Shown: positions 1 through 10,112, counted from the first letter of the stretch. The stretch: 64,000 bases of DNA from Bacteroidales bacterium (GCA_019429365.1 JAHYJD010000008.1:948-64947); one strand, 5' to 3'. The notes: generated by a model from the sequence alone, not told the origin. Program-made: numbers and translations.

Positions 1-1880
1 AACAACTTGTTGATATCTACCCCATTGATCCGGGCTTCGCAGCCAACGGTAAAGTAGTCGTCGCGAATTCCGTCGATATAACCAGAAGCCCTGATCTGCC
101 CATCCATGGCCCGGAAGGCCACATCCTGGGCAAGAAAGCGCTTGTTTTGCAGGTTGGCGCGGCCCATCACATGGGTTGCTTCAAATTTCCTGAAAGTCAG
201 GTGTACCACATTGGCTTCGAGGTTAAAACCCAGGCGGTCGGAAAAACTCAAACGGTAGGTGGTGTCGCTGCCGCTTACGCTGTATTTTAGCAACTCGTTA
301 AAGTTGAGGTTGTTGCTGTAGAGGCTTGCCACAATGTTCAGTTTTTCGTTTTCGAGAAAAAGGAATGGCAACACGTTTCGGAAGAAACCTTTAAGCTCGA
401 AGTCGCTGCTACCTGCGTGGCCGCTGAAATTTTCGATGACCAGGTCGTTATTGCTGAAGAGGAATGCTCCGTTAAATTCACGAAAAGCCAGGGGATTTTC
501 CTTAATCTCGAACGATAAATTCTCGTAGCTGAATGTGCCGGTGGCCCTGGCCGATACAAAATCCTGCCCTGTGAAGCGGTTCTTCTCGCTCATGCCACCC
601 TTGAAGTTCAGGTCCATATGTATCCGGCCCTTTGCCTTGCTGATGGTGTCGATGCGAAACAGTTTGACCAGGTCGCCGGCATCGGCATCGGCAAACATTT
701 TAAAGTCGAGTCTGGGCTTGGTAAAGTCGAACAGGGTAAAGTTGCCGCGCATCACGCCCTTGTTGATGGTGGTGTGGAAATCGGAAAAAGAAAGCGTAGA
801 GGTTGAAAGCCTGTTTGCTGCACCATTGTCGAAGGCTCCGTCGAAGTTCATTTTGCGAAGATCGAGGCCGCTGGCCCGGTGCAAAAGCTCCCCGCCCGAA
901 ACATTGAAAACAAGGCTGATATGCGGATTTTCTGTTGCACTCAGCAGGCCTTTTATTTCAGCCTCGGCCTTAAGAATGCCTTTGCCACGATAGCCCTCCA
1001 CATAGGGCAAAAGAATTTCCGGGAGATCGCCCAGCAACTGTCCCAGTTGAAGTTGGTTTCCTTTCACCTGGGTATCGAAAAGCAATCCTTCCTCCAGGTT
1101 GCTCATGCTGCCTGTTACATCAAAGCTGTTCTGGTTGATTTTTAGATTGCCTTTTTTGAAAACAAACTCGCGATAGTTGGCAACCTCCATTACCATATCG
1201 AGCTCAACGGGCCTTTCCCTGATAAACACCGCCGAATCGATGGCCAGCATATGGGCCATTAGGTTTCCACGGGCGGTTAGCTGGAAAAAATCATTGCGGA
1301 AATTCCCGCTCATGTTGGCCCTGCCAATATCGAGGTCAACAAGGTGGTTTCCTGCTTTGTCATGGTAAACGAAATGAACGCCATTGAGCAACACTTTTTT
1401 CAGGTCGAAGGCAAATTCGCCCTCTTCCTCACCTTCGTGCTTCTGCCAGATTTCGTAATTGGGTTTGCCTTCTTTGCTGATTTCAAGGTTCAGTTGTGCC
1501 CTGTTTATCTCTACTTCGCGAATGGTATAGTTGCCAAGCAAAAGGCTCCAGAGGTTAAACTTAAGGTATATACGGCTGGCTTCAAGCAAATTATTCTCGC
1601 TTAAGGGCTGCCCTGGCTCTGCTACTTTTATTCCTGAAAAGGTAACCGAAGCCAGCGGAAAGCGCCGGATCAGGTCAAGTTTAATATTGTCAACCGCAAC
1701 CTCGGTGGTGAGGTTACGGTTGATGTTTTCCACCACAATGTCTTTGATCCTGTTTTGGAATATCAGGGCCATCAGACTCAGGATCAGAAAAAGTGCTGCA
1801 ATAAACAATCCGCCTGATATTCCTGCAATTTTCAGAAATTTCAGTGTCAACTGTTTTTTATTGAGCCCTGTCTGCTCCAT
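1..1880 (-). CDS. AsmA-family outer-membrane assembly/translocation protein. The N-terminus is complete; the 3' end runs off the window.
   Basis: I translated the minus strand by hand from the ATG at 1880 (MEQTGLNKKQLTLKFLKIAGISGGLFIAALFLIL...). There is one N-terminal TM segment, and the frame was checked as still open at position 3 (...DDYFTVGCEARINGVDINKL). The plus-strand ORFs here are short and overlapping. The family call rests on architecture and memory only. Confidence 0.6.
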   Translation of the reverse strand, partial: MEQTGLNKKQLTLKFLKIAGISGGLFIAALFLILSLMALIFQNRIKDIVVENINRNLTTEVAVDNIKLDLIRRFPLASVTFSGIKVAEPGQPLSENNLLEASRIYLKFNLWSLLLGNYTIREVEINRAQLNLEISKEGKPNYEIWQKHEGEEEGEFAFDLKKVLLNGVHFVYHDKAGNHLVDLDIGRANMSGNFRNDFFQLTARGNLMAHMLAIDSAVFIRERPVELDMVMEVANYREFVFKKGNLKINQNSFDVTGSMSNLEEGLLFDTQVKGNQLQLGQLLGDLPEILLPYVEGYRGKGILKAEAEIKGLLSATENPHISLVFNVSGGELLHRASGLDLRKMNFDGAFDNGAANRLSTSTLSFSDFHTTINKGVMRGNFTLFDFTKPRLDFKMFADADAGDLVKLFRIDTISKAKGRIHMDLNFKGGMSEKNRFTGQDFVSARATGTFSYENLSFEIKENPLAFREFNGAFLFSNNDLVIENFSGHAGSSDFELKGFFRNVLPFLFLENEKLNIVASLYSNNLNFNELLKYSVSGSDTTYRLSFSDRLGFNLEANVVHLTFRKFEATHVMGRANLQNKRFLAQDVAFRAMDGQIRASGYIDGIRDDYFTVGCEARINGVDINKL

Positions 1881-1898
1881 AGGTTTATTTCTGTGTTT

Positions 1899-3281
1899 TT
1901 ACCCAAGCATTCTCAGGTAGTTAACTTCTTTTTCAGTGAGGAAACGCCACTTTCCGCGGGGCAGGTCCTTTTTTGTCAGGCCTGCAAAAATAACGCGATC
2001 GAGTTTTGTCACCTTGTAGCCAAACTGCTCGAAGAGGCGCCTTACCACGCGGTTCTGACCCGAGTGCAATTCAATACCCACTTCTTTCTTTGTTTCGGCC
2101 TTATCAATATATGATACGGCATCGGGCACCACAAGGTTATCGTCAATCTTCACTCCATTGGCAATTTGTTCCAAATCGGCTTTGGTAACGGCCTGGTCGA
2201 GATGCACGTGGTAAAGTTTTCTTACGCCATGACGCGGGTGGGTGAGTTTTTTGGCCAATTCGCCGTCGTTGGTAAGTAGCAGCAGTCCGGTAGTGTTGCG
2301 GTCGAGCCTTCCCACGGGGTAAACGCGCTCGCGGCCAGCATTTCTGATCAATTCCAGCACGGTTTTACGGTCCTGTGGGTCGTCGGAAGTGGTTATATAA
2401 TCCTTTGGCTTGTTGAGCAGGATATATACTTTCTTTTCGTTCACCAGTCGCTGGGTGCCATACATCACTACGTCGCCGGGCATTACTTTTACGCCCATCT
2501 CGGTCACGATTTTGCCGTTTACGGTAATGGCGCCGTTTTTAATAAGCATGTCGGCTTCGCGCCTGGAGCATACGCCGGCATTGGCAATGTATTTATTCAG
2601 CCTGCTGCTGTCGTCGAGTATTTTGCGGGGTTCTCTGCTACTTCGGTCGGGTTTGCCTTTGGCATAAGGTCGTCCGGAAGCCGGACGATCTTTCGAGTAG
2701 CTGCGTTCGCTACGTTCTGGTCGGTCACTTGAATAGGGCCTGTCGGAGGAGTAGCTGCGTTCGCCCCTGCCGCTGCGATCGCCAGAAGAAGGCCTTCCGG
2801 GAGATTGCCTGCGATCACCAGTCTGCGGACGGTCCTTTGAAAAAGGTTTTTCCCTGGAGAATTTACGGTCACCGGCTTCTGGTCTGTCTTTCGAATAGGG
2901 TTTTTCCCTGGAAAATTTGCGGTCGCCAGTACTTGGACGATCTTTGGAATAGGGTCTTTCTTTGGAGAATTTACGATCGCCCGATTCGGGTCGATCTTTC
3001 GAAAAGGGTCTTTCCCTGGAAAATTTGCGGTCGCCAGTATTTGGACGGTCTTTCGAAAAGGGTTTGTCTTTGGAGAATTTGCGGTCGCCCGATTCGGGTC
3101 GATCTTTTGCATGTGGCCGATCTTTCGAAAAAGGCCGATCTTTTTTGTAGGGGCGGCCTTCGGTGCGGGGCCTGTCGGAACGGGCCTCACGGCCGGTGCT
3201 TTTTCCGGTGGTTTTTGAGCCAGGGCGGCCCGGACGTGCCTTACGCCGGTCTCCACCGGGCCTGGCAGATGTGTTTCTCAT
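1899..3281 (-). CDS. rluB: RluB/RsuA-type 23S rRNA pseudouridine synthase with a long basic, repeat-rich N-terminal extension
   Basis: S4 domain (LNKYIANAGVCSRREADMLIKNGAITVNG) and catalytic motif (GRLDRNTTGLLLLTNDG). About 215 N-terminal residues are R/K/D/P/S low complexity. Confidence 0.85.
   Translation of the reverse strand: MRNTSARPGGDRRKARPGRPGSKTTGKSTGREARSDRPRTEGRPYKKDRPFSKDRPHAKDRPESGDRKFSKDKPFSKDRPNTGDRKFSRERPFSKDRPESGDRKFSKERPYSKDRPSTGDRKFSREKPYSKDRPEAGDRKFSREKPFSKDRPQTGDRRQSPGRPSSGDRSGRGERSYSSDRPYSSDRPERSERSYSKDRPASGRPYAKGKPDRSSREPRKILDDSSRLNKYIANAGVCSRREADMLIKNGAITVNGKIVTEMGVKVMPGDVVMYGTQRLVNEKKVYILLNKPKDYITTSDDPQDRKTVLELIRNAGRERVYPVGRLDRNTTGLLLLTNDGELAKKLTHPRHGVRKLYHVHLDQAVTKADLEQIANGVKIDDNLVVPDAVSYIDKAETKKEVGIELHSGQNRVVRRLFEQFGYKVTKLDRVIFAGLTKKDLPRGKWRFLTEKEVNYLRMLG
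2820..3089 (-). repeat. Five head-to-tail 54-nt (18-aa) coding repeats, GDRKFS[KR][DE][KR]P[FY]SKDRPxx, inside the rluB N-terminal extension
   Basis: Residues 65-154 parse into 5 units of 18 aa. I verified the first unit's codons at 3078-3089 (GDRK). The antisense frame also shows an 18-aa period (ENLRSPDSGRSFEKGLSL). Confidence 0.85.
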
Positions 3282-3323
3282 TCGTTTCTAAAATTGAGGT
3301 GTTTAAATTCAACGGTAAATCCG

Positions 3324-4004
3324 TTAAAAAAGTGTCAGGTTTGGATCCTGCCATGGTTTAATTAATTCGGGGGTGTTCAATGCCGCACTGTTCACTTTGG
3401 GCGACACTTTGTAGCTTTCCATTTCCCCGGAAGGGAAAGGAACGAGCAGATCATTGAGTTTTTCTGTTTCGGGTTCATTCAGCCATGCCATGCTTTCCTC
3501 TTTGCCGAGGATAACAGGCATGCGGTCGTGAATGCCACCCAGTAATTCGTTTGCCCTTGTGGTGACAATGGTAAAGGCAAAAGCAGTGGAGCCATCGGGC
3601 TGCACCAGCTGGTCAAAAAGTCCTGCAAAGGCAAAAAGGCCGTCATTTTTGAGCACAAAACGCCAGGGTTGTTTTGTTTTTCCAAGCTTTTCCCATTCAA
3701 AAAAACCATCAGCAGGTATCAGGCAGCGCTTACGTGGAAGCAGCACTGAAAACATTTTTTTCTGGTGCAGCGATTCTGACCGGGCATTGATCACTATGGG
3801 CGGCGTTCGGGAAGTGCTTTCCCATGGTGGTTGCAGCCCCCAGCGAAAATGCTGCAGCCTGTCGGGCTGGTTCATTGCGATAACCGGCAGCAACTGGGTT
3901 GGGGCAGCATTGTAAAGCTCGCCTTCAAAGGCCGCAGGAATGGTAACACTGAAATGATCGCCAATTTCCCTGGCTTTTTTACTTATCGAATATCGGCCAC
4001 ACAT
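3324..4004 (-). CDS. yedK: SOS-response-associated peptidase (SRAP/YedK, abasic-site DNA-protein crosslink protein)
   Basis: Starts MCGRYS with the family's Cys2 nucleophile. Length of 226 aa is typical of DUF159/SRAP. Confidence 0.8.
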   Translation of the reverse strand: MCGRYSISKKAREIGDHFSVTIPAAFEGELYNAAPTQLLPVIAMNQPDRLQHFRWGLQPPWESTSRTPPIVINARSESLHQKKMFSVLLPRKRCLIPADGFFEWEKLGKTKQPWRFVLKNDGLFAFAGLFDQLVQPDGSTAFAFTIVTTRANELLGGIHDRMPVILGKEESMAWLNEPETEKLNDLLVPFPSGEMESYKVSPKVNSAALNTPELIKPWQDPNLTLF

Positions 4005-4020
4005 AAAAGCTGGTTTCTAC

Positions 4021-4044
4021 AAAAAAAGGCGCTGGAAGCGCCTT
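4021..4044 (-). terminator. Rho-independent terminator for the 4068-4349 gene
   Basis: GGCGC-TGGAA-GCGCC stem-loop at 4028-4042. On the minus strand it is followed by a T7 run (A-run 4021-4027 on plus). Confidence 0.6.
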
Positions 4045-4067
4045 CGTAACTTTTCAGAATGCCTGGC

Positions 4068-4349
4068 TTAGCCGGCTATCTTGTTCAATTGGTCAAAAGC
4101 GCCATTAACTTTCTCGAGCAATTCATCAAACAGGGCCCGGTAGTAGTTTTTCAGGCTCTGACCGTTTTCATTCACCTCAGGATTGTTGATGCGGGTGATA
4201 AGACTCTCGCGGTACTCGATCATCTCGTTTATGATCTGATCCAGCTCTTCTTGCTTGTCCTGCTGGGTGTACTGATGAATCATGCAGGTACCGATCACTT
4301 CGTCGATCAGGTAGTTAAGGTCTTTCTTAAGGTTTTTGATGCTTGCCAT
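4068..4349 (-). CDS. Hypothetical small helical protein (93 aa)
   Basis: ATG-initiated ORF with its own terminator. I recognised no motif. Confidence 0.5.
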   Translation of the reverse strand: MASIKNLKKDLNYLIDEVIGTCMIHQYTQQDKQEELDQIINEMIEYRESLITRINNPEVNENGQSLKNYYRALFDELLEKVNGAFDQLNKIAG

Positions 4350-4423
4350 TGTTGTGTATTATTTTGGCTGCAAAATTAACAATTGTTTTTGAGCCTTTTC
4401 ACAAAAAAATTTAATAGTTGCGA

Positions 4424-4894
4424 TTAATTGAAATCGATCAGTTCAATTTCGAAAATCAGGACGGCATTCGGCGGTATGGTATAGGTTCCATTGGGGCCGT
4501 AACCCAGCCCGGAGGGCATCAGAAGTATGCCTTTGCTGCCTTTGTCAAAAAGGGGAAGTCCGTAACGAAAACCCAGAATGGTGTTTTGCAGGTTGAACTG
4601 GGCGTTATTTTGTCCATCAAATTCTTTTCCACTCAGCAATTTGCCTGTGTAGTTTAATCTCACCGTGGAGTTTTGCGTTGGAAATGTTGAAGAGCCTTCT
4701 TTGGTAACTAAATAAAACACGCCCGATTCGTGTTCAATGGCATCAAGGTTGTTTTTTTCGAGGTATTCGATGATTTTTTCACGGTCTTTTGCTGCAATTT
4801 TTTCAGGATCGTCAGAGCCACATGCAGCAAACAAAAAAACTACCGCAAGCATTGCCAACCATTTGACCGGATTTAAGATGCTGATTTTTTTCAT
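4424..4894 (-). CDS. FKBP-type peptidyl-prolyl cis-trans isomerase, lipoprotein
   Basis: Lipobox LFAAC|GSDD after the ATG at 4894. FKBP C-terminal core (GLGYGPNG...IPPNAVLIFEIELIDF). The track ORF starts at an upstream TTG (4912). Confidence 0.8.
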   Translation of the reverse strand: MKKISILNPVKWLAMLAVVFLFAACGSDDPEKIAAKDREKIIEYLEKNNLDAIEHESGVFYLVTKEGSSTFPTQNSTVRLNYTGKLLSGKEFDGQNNAQFNLQNTILGFRYGLPLFDKGSKGILLMPSGLGYGPNGTYTIPPNAVLIFEIELIDFN

Positions 4895-4968
4895 TATAGG
4901 GAAACAGTTCAAAAACTTTTTTCAGTTGCAAATTTACAAAGAAAAGTTGAGAGCATGGGTTAAAAATA

Positions 4969-4995
4969 GAAAAAGCCGGACGAGCCGGCTTTTTC
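4969..4995 (-). terminator. Terminator at the end of the dcw operon (symmetric, potentially bidirectional)
   Basis: AGCCGG-ACGAG-CCGGCT hairpin at 4974-4990, flanked by an A-run and a T-run, about 60 nt downstream of the ftsZ stop. Confidence 0.65.
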
Positions 4996-5054
4996 TGAGA
5001 AAACAAAACCAAAAGAACACTAAACAAAAGTTACATAAGGAAAACGGAAAAGCA

Positions 5055-6590
5055 TTAGTCTACATTATCATGCAGAAACGAATTGTTCGATTTAATCTGG
5101 GTTGTATTGTCGTCGCCTTCGTTGAGAGTATATCTCGAAACTTGCGATTCTGAGCTGAGGGGGGTGTTGTTAAGCACCACATTTCTCCTTACAAATGCGG
5201 GTTGTCTTTCGAGGTCCTGCAGCCCTTCAGGGGTTTTGAGCTTCATGCTGAGTTCGCGAAGCCTTTGCTCGCGATCCATCATTTTGCGTTTGAGTTCAGC
5301 TTCGGAAACCGGGTTGGCAGTAGGCTCGTCGTCGTAATGGGTTTCCCGGGCGGGCCGCTCGCTGCTTTGCATCCTGGTTTCAGAGATGGCTTGGCCTTGG
5401 TCGTTTTCCGAAACCGGGAACTCGAAGGTAACGGGAGCCGGCTCGGGCCTTACCTCGGGTTTGCTTTCGGCGGGTGTATCTGAAGGGGTGTTTTGCTTAA
5501 GGAATGGCATGCCGGGTTTGTTCTCCTGCTGGCCGGCTTGCTGGTAAACAGCTTCAGTGGTTTTTTCAGGCATTTTTACCACCGTTTTTTCAGGTATCTG
5601 TTCGGTATGAAACATTTTGCCTGATGAGAATCCTGTGGCAACCAGGGTTACATTGATATTGCTGCCAAGCGATTCATCCTTGCCAAGGCCCCAGATAATT
5701 TCGGCAGTCGAACCGGATTCTTCCTGGATGTAATCGGTAATCTCGCTGATCTCGTCCATAAGAATCTCTTCGGTACCGCTGGTAATATTGAGCAGGATAT
5801 TTTTTGCACCCTTGATGTGGTTGTCGTTGAGCAGGGGAGAGGAGAGTGCCATCTCGATTGCTTTAATGGCGCGGTTTTCGCCTTCGGCGCTTCCGCTGCC
5901 CATAATGGCTACACCGCTGTTCGACATAACGGTGCGCACATCGGCAAAGTCAACATTGATATTCCCCGTAAGGGTAATGATCTCGGCAATGCCTTTGGCT
6001 GCCGTGGTGAGCACATTGTCGGCCCGGGCAAATGCCTCGCTGACCGATAAGTTACCGTAGAGCTCGCGCAAGCGGTCGTTGCAAATTACCAGCAGGGTGT
6101 CTACATGCTCCTGCAGCTGTTTAATGCCTTCTTCAGCTTGCTGGCGGCGCTTGCGTCCTTCAAACATAAAAGGGATGGTGACGATGCCCACGGTGAGGAT
6201 GCCCATTTCCTTTGATGCACTGGCAATTACAGGCGCTGCACCGGTGCCGGTGCCCCCGCCCATGCCTGCGGTAATAAACAGCATTTTTGTGCCTTTTTCC
6301 AGCATTTCCTTGATGCGGTCCAGGTCCTCAATGGCGGCATTTTTGCCCACTTCAGGTAGGCTTCCTGCTCCGCGGCCGTCGGTAAGGCTTACGCCGAGTT
6401 GGATTTTGTTGGGAACAGGGCTCATGTCCAGGGCCTGGCTATCGGTATTGCACACAAGAAAGTCAACACCTTCAATACCTTGCTTGAACATATGGTTCAC
6501 GGCATTGCTGCCGCCGCCACCAACTCCCAGCACTTTAATAATGGAAGACTGGTTCTTTGGCAGGTCGAATTTGATCATGTCTTTGGTCAT
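5055..6590 (-). CDS. ftsZ: Cell division protein FtsZ
   Basis: GVGGGGSNAV and GGGTGTGAAP tubulin signature motifs, followed by a long disordered C-terminal linker. ATG at 6590 is preferred over the track's TTG at 6623. Confidence 0.97.
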   Translation of the reverse strand: MTKDMIKFDLPKNQSSIIKVLGVGGGGSNAVNHMFKQGIEGVDFLVCNTDSQALDMSPVPNKIQLGVSLTDGRGAGSLPEVGKNAAIEDLDRIKEMLEKGTKMLFITAGMGGGTGTGAAPVIASASKEMGILTVGIVTIPFMFEGRKRRQQAEEGIKQLQEHVDTLLVICNDRLRELYGNLSVSEAFARADNVLTTAAKGIAEIITLTGNINVDFADVRTVMSNSGVAIMGSGSAEGENRAIKAIEMALSSPLLNDNHIKGAKNILLNITSGTEEILMDEISEITDYIQEESGSTAEIIWGLGKDESLGSNINVTLVATGFSSGKMFHTEQIPEKTVVKMPEKTTEAVYQQAGQQENKPGMPFLKQNTPSDTPAESKPEVRPEPAPVTFEFPVSENDQGQAISETRMQSSERPARETHYDDEPTANPVSEAELKRKMMDREQRLRELSMKLKTPEGLQDLERQPAFVRRNVVLNNTPLSSESQVSRYTLNEGDDNTTQIKSNNSFLHDNVD

Positions 6591-6689
6591 AATTTCGGAG
6601 TTGAAGGTAAATATTTTAAGCAAAAAGGTTGGGCGGAATTTCTTTCTTTTATTAACAGGTTTTTCCGCCTTATTGTTAATAAAATCGGA

Positions 6690-7958
6690 TTAAATGGGTT
6701 GGTCTTTTTCAAAGAATTCCATACCTTGGTTGAATAACTTTGAAAAAAAGTTACCTCTAATGATTGGCCTGGAAGTTTTTGGATTTTGTCCTTTCTTCCT
6801 TATTTCAGTATTGTCGAGGCCTTTGATAACCAGACCGATGCCTGTGGCATGCATGGGGCTTCCGTTTTCTCCTGCAAGGGTTTTGGCCAAATGTTCGTTA
6901 GGGTAGCCAATGCGTGTATCCATACCTGTGATAAACTCGGTAAGTTGGGCGGCGTGGCGCAGCTGGCTGCCGCCTCCGGTTAATACAATGCCTGCAATAA
7001 GTTTTTTCTCGAAGCCCGAGTTTTTAATTTCGTACAAAACGTGTTCAATGATTTCTTCCATTCGCGCCTGAATAATGTGGGCCAGGTTTTTGCGCGAAAT
7101 TTCCTTGGCGCCGCGTCCCCTGATGCCTGGAATGGAAATGATCTCCTCATCTTTGTTTTCGCTGGCCAGGGCCGAACCGAACATTTTCTTGAGCTCTTCG
7201 GCCTGGCTGCGGATTATGGAACAGCCTTCCTTTACGTCATCGGTAATCACGTTACCGCCAAGTGGAATCACCGCCGTGTGGCGTATGATATCGTCCTGGA
7301 AAATGGCAATGTCGGTGGTGCCCCCGCCAATGTCGACAAGGGCTACGCCGGCTTCTTTTTCTTCATTGCTTAAAACGGCTTCGGCCGAAGCCAGCGGCTC
7401 AAGGATCATGCTTGAAATCTCGAGCCCGGCTTTCTTAACACATTTTTCGATGTTTTTGGCTGCAGCCACCTGCCCGGTGATGATATGGAAGTTGGCTTCC
7501 AGACAAATTCCCGACATGCCAACCGGTTTGCGGGTCCGCTGCTGGTTGTCGATTATGAAATCCTGCGGAATCACATGAATGATTTCTTCGCCGGGAGGCA
7601 GCACCAACTTATACATGTTTTCTATGAGGTTGGTCACATCATCCTGGCTAATGTCATCATCGAGGCTGTTTCGCATGATGCTGCCGCGGTGCTGAAGGCT
7701 GCGAATGTGCTGCCCGGCAATGCCCACATTTACCAGCTTAATGTCGATGTCAGAAGCTTTGCTGGCCTCCTCTACCGCTTTTAATATCGAATCGACCGTG
7801 TCTTGTATGTTCTCTACCACGCCGCGGTTCACCCCCAGGGAGTCCGACCGCCCGAGACCTAAAATCTCCACCTTTCCGTATTCGTTTTTCCGGCCAACGA
7901 TACATGCGATCTTGGTTGATCCAATGTCTAATCCGGCGACAATTTCTGATTGTGTCAT
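6690..7958 (-). CDS. ftsA: Cell division protein FtsA
   Basis: Actin-like ATPase motifs (GLDIGSTK, VDIGGGTTD). Sits between ftsQ and ftsZ. Confidence 0.95.
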   Translation of the reverse strand: MTQSEIVAGLDIGSTKIACIVGRKNEYGKVEILGLGRSDSLGVNRGVVENIQDTVDSILKAVEEASKASDIDIKLVNVGIAGQHIRSLQHRGSIMRNSLDDDISQDDVTNLIENMYKLVLPPGEEIIHVIPQDFIIDNQQRTRKPVGMSGICLEANFHIITGQVAAAKNIEKCVKKAGLEISSMILEPLASAEAVLSNEEKEAGVALVDIGGGTTDIAIFQDDIIRHTAVIPLGGNVITDDVKEGCSIIRSQAEELKKMFGSALASENKDEEIISIPGIRGRGAKEISRKNLAHIIQARMEEIIEHVLYEIKNSGFEKKLIAGIVLTGGGSQLRHAAQLTEFITGMDTRIGYPNEHLAKTLAGENGSPMHATGIGLVIKGLDNTEIRKKGQNPKTSRPIIRGNFFSKLFNQGMEFFEKDQPI

Positions 7959-7965
7959 AACAATT

Positions 7966-8757
7966 CTATTTTGAACAAATTACCTGATTACTATACTTCA
8001 CATTTATCCTTCTGTAATGACTCCAGCCAGTTCTGGTCAGACCATTCTGATAAAAAGCCATCAGTTTTTTGAATTTATGCTCCATTTGGTCAATGCCTCC
8101 AAATTCCACAATGTGCCCGCCGTTTTTCGGGGTAAGTTCGAACTGTCCGTTGGGCGTAACATAAACATGATCTATAAAAGCGTTCCAGAAGGGGTCGTTT
8201 TCAATATAAAGGGCCAGCCGATGCAAATTCCTGAGTCTTTGTTCGTTCGACGATATTTCGCGCTGGTCCTTTTCCTCGAGTAAGTCGGTCAGTGGCGAAT
8301 ACCCGGCATTTATGTGTCCGGTGGCTATCAGCACCCTTGCCGTGTAATCGTTGCTCAGGGGCATCATGCGGCCGGCGCGATCGATATAAAACCCCTGGTT
8401 GTGGGCATTGATTACTCTAATTAAGGGTTGCCGCTGCGTAATGTTTACATGCAACTCACCGTTGATGTTGCGAAATACACTTGCTTTTTGCACATAGGGT
8501 ATGCCTGTTACCACCGACTCTATTTGCCTCAGTTTGCCATCGGCAATGGGCTTGCCCTCAATTTCGCTGGTGGCATTCAATACCCTGGCTCTCACTGTTT
8601 CGGGCTGAATGAAATGATGCCCGCAGCGGTAATCTACGCTTACCTGCAATGGGCTGCTTGGAAGCTGTCGATTCTGCTCCACGGCAAAGCCCAGCAGCAC
8701 AAACAAACCTGCTGGAATAGCAATCAGGAGCAATATGTTGATTATTTTTCTGATCAT
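7966..8757 (-). CDS. ftsQ: Cell division protein FtsQ (POTRA-containing)
   Basis: N-terminal TM anchor, appropriate size, and position between murC and ftsA. Its start overlaps the murC stop by 4 nt. Confidence 0.8.
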   Translation of the reverse strand: MIRKIINILLLIAIPAGLFVLLGFAVEQNRQLPSSPLQVSVDYRCGHHFIQPETVRARVLNATSEIEGKPIADGKLRQIESVVTGIPYVQKASVFRNINGELHVNITQRQPLIRVINAHNQGFYIDRAGRMMPLSNDYTARVLIATGHINAGYSPLTDLLEEKDQREISSNEQRLRNLHRLALYIENDPFWNAFIDHVYVTPNGQFELTPKNGGHIVEFGGIDQMEHKFKKLMAFYQNGLTRTGWSHYRRINVKYSNQVICSK

Positions 8758-10112
8758 AATCTTTTGTCCTTCAAAAACAAAGCAATTTCAGGCACCAGGC
8801 GGTCAATATCGCCGGCGCCCATGGTTAGCAGAACCTCCGGAGGATTTTTCTCCAGCTCATAAAAAATGTCTTCCTTATTTATAAATTTCTTTTCGCTCAT
8901 GTCGATTTTTTCGAGCAGCATTTGCGATGTTACCCCTTCAATTGGCAACTCCCTTGCGGGATAAATGTCGAGCAGCAAAAGACGGTCGGTCAGTGCCAGA
9001 GTTTGCGCAAACTGCTCGGCCAGGTCTCGGGTGCGGCTGAAAAGATGTGGCTGGAAAATGGCCGTGATCTGCCGTCCGGGGTATAGTTCTCTTACAGCTT
9101 TGACGCAAGCCCTGATTTCTTCCGGATGATGAGCGTAATCATCAATAAATACCGTTTTTTCGTCCTGGTAGCAGGTTTCGAAGCGGCGCTTCACACCCCT
9201 GAAGGTAGATAAGGCAGTGGTAATCTGGCTGGCATCCACGCCCAGTGTCCATGCAATGGCAGCGGCACCCAGGGCATTTTCAAGGTTGTGACGCCCCGGC
9301 AGGCCCAGCGCAAACTGACTGGTTTTCAGTAAGCCATCAATAGCCGCCAGGTAACAGCCCTCCTTTACCTCCACGTTTTTTGCCATAAAATCGGCTTCCT
9401 GCTGGGTATGGTAGGTCAGGGTGCGGCCCGAAAAAGCCCGGGCTGCGCTTAGACCTTTCTTCAAAACCAGGGTGCCTGCGGGCTTAATACGTTTGACAAA
9501 ATCATCGAAGCTGGCCCGTAGTGCCAGCTCCGTGCCATAAATATCGAGGTGGTCGGCGTCGATGGCGCTTATGAGCGCAATGTCGGGCCTGAGGTTCAGA
9601 AATGAGCGGTCAAATTCGTCGGCTTCCACCACCATCCACTCCGGCTGCTCATCGTCAAGGAAATTGGTTTGGTAGTTGGTGCTGATTCCCCCGAGGAAGG
9701 CAGTGGTTTTAATGCCGGCAGTTTTTAAAATATGGGCCACCATGGTGCTGATGGTAGTTTTTCCGTGGGTGCCGGCAATGGCAATGGTAGGCAGCTGGCC
9801 CGAAATAAGACCGAGCAGTTCGGCACGTTTCATCAAAGGCACGCTTTTCGCGGAAAGCGCTGCAAACAAAATGGTGCTTTTGGGTACTGCCGGAGTATAT
9901 ACAGCCAGGTCGATCTGCTCCGGAAGTATGCTTTCCTTGTCATCAAACCAAACCTGGATCCCTTCATTTTGCAAGGCCTGGGTAATGGGCGAGGGGGTTC
10001 GGTCGTAACCACTTACTTCAATTCCCCGGGCATGGAAATAGCGTGCAAGGGCGCTCATGCCAATGCCGCCAATACCCAGGAAAAAGATGTTATGTAAGCG
10101 GTTCAGATCCAT
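8754..10112 (-). CDS. murC: UDP-N-acetylmuramate--L-alanine ligase
   Basis: GIGGIGMS and GTHGKTT Mur ligase motifs. ATG at 10112 is preferred; the track's TTG at 10151 would overlap murG. Confidence 0.95.
   Translation of the reverse strand: MDLNRLHNIFFLGIGGIGMSALARYFHARGIEVSGYDRTPSPITQALQNEGIQVWFDDKESILPEQIDLAVYTPAVPKSTILFAALSAKSVPLMKRAELLGLISGQLPTIAIAGTHGKTTISTMVAHILKTAGIKTTAFLGGISTNYQTNFLDDEQPEWMVVEADEFDRSFLNLRPDIALISAIDADHLDIYGTELALRASFDDFVKRIKPAGTLVLKKGLSAARAFSGRTLTYHTQQEADFMAKNVEVKEGCYLAAIDGLLKTSQFALGLPGRHNLENALGAAAIAWTLGVDASQITTALSTFRGVKRRFETCYQDEKTVFIDDYAHHPEEIRACVKAVRELYPGRQITAIFQPHLFSRTRDLAEQFAQTLALTDRLLLLDIYPARELPIEGVTSQMLLEKIDMSEKKFINKEDIFYELEKNPPEVLLTMGAGDIDRLVPEIALFLKDKRL

Noticed and set aside
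2597-3361. Alternative-frame ORFs (219 aa on minus, 210 aa and 62 aa on plus) over the rluB 5' region
   Set aside because: They are products of the 54-nt tandem repeat staying open in several frames. Only the frame continuing into the S4/pseudouridine synthase core is credible.
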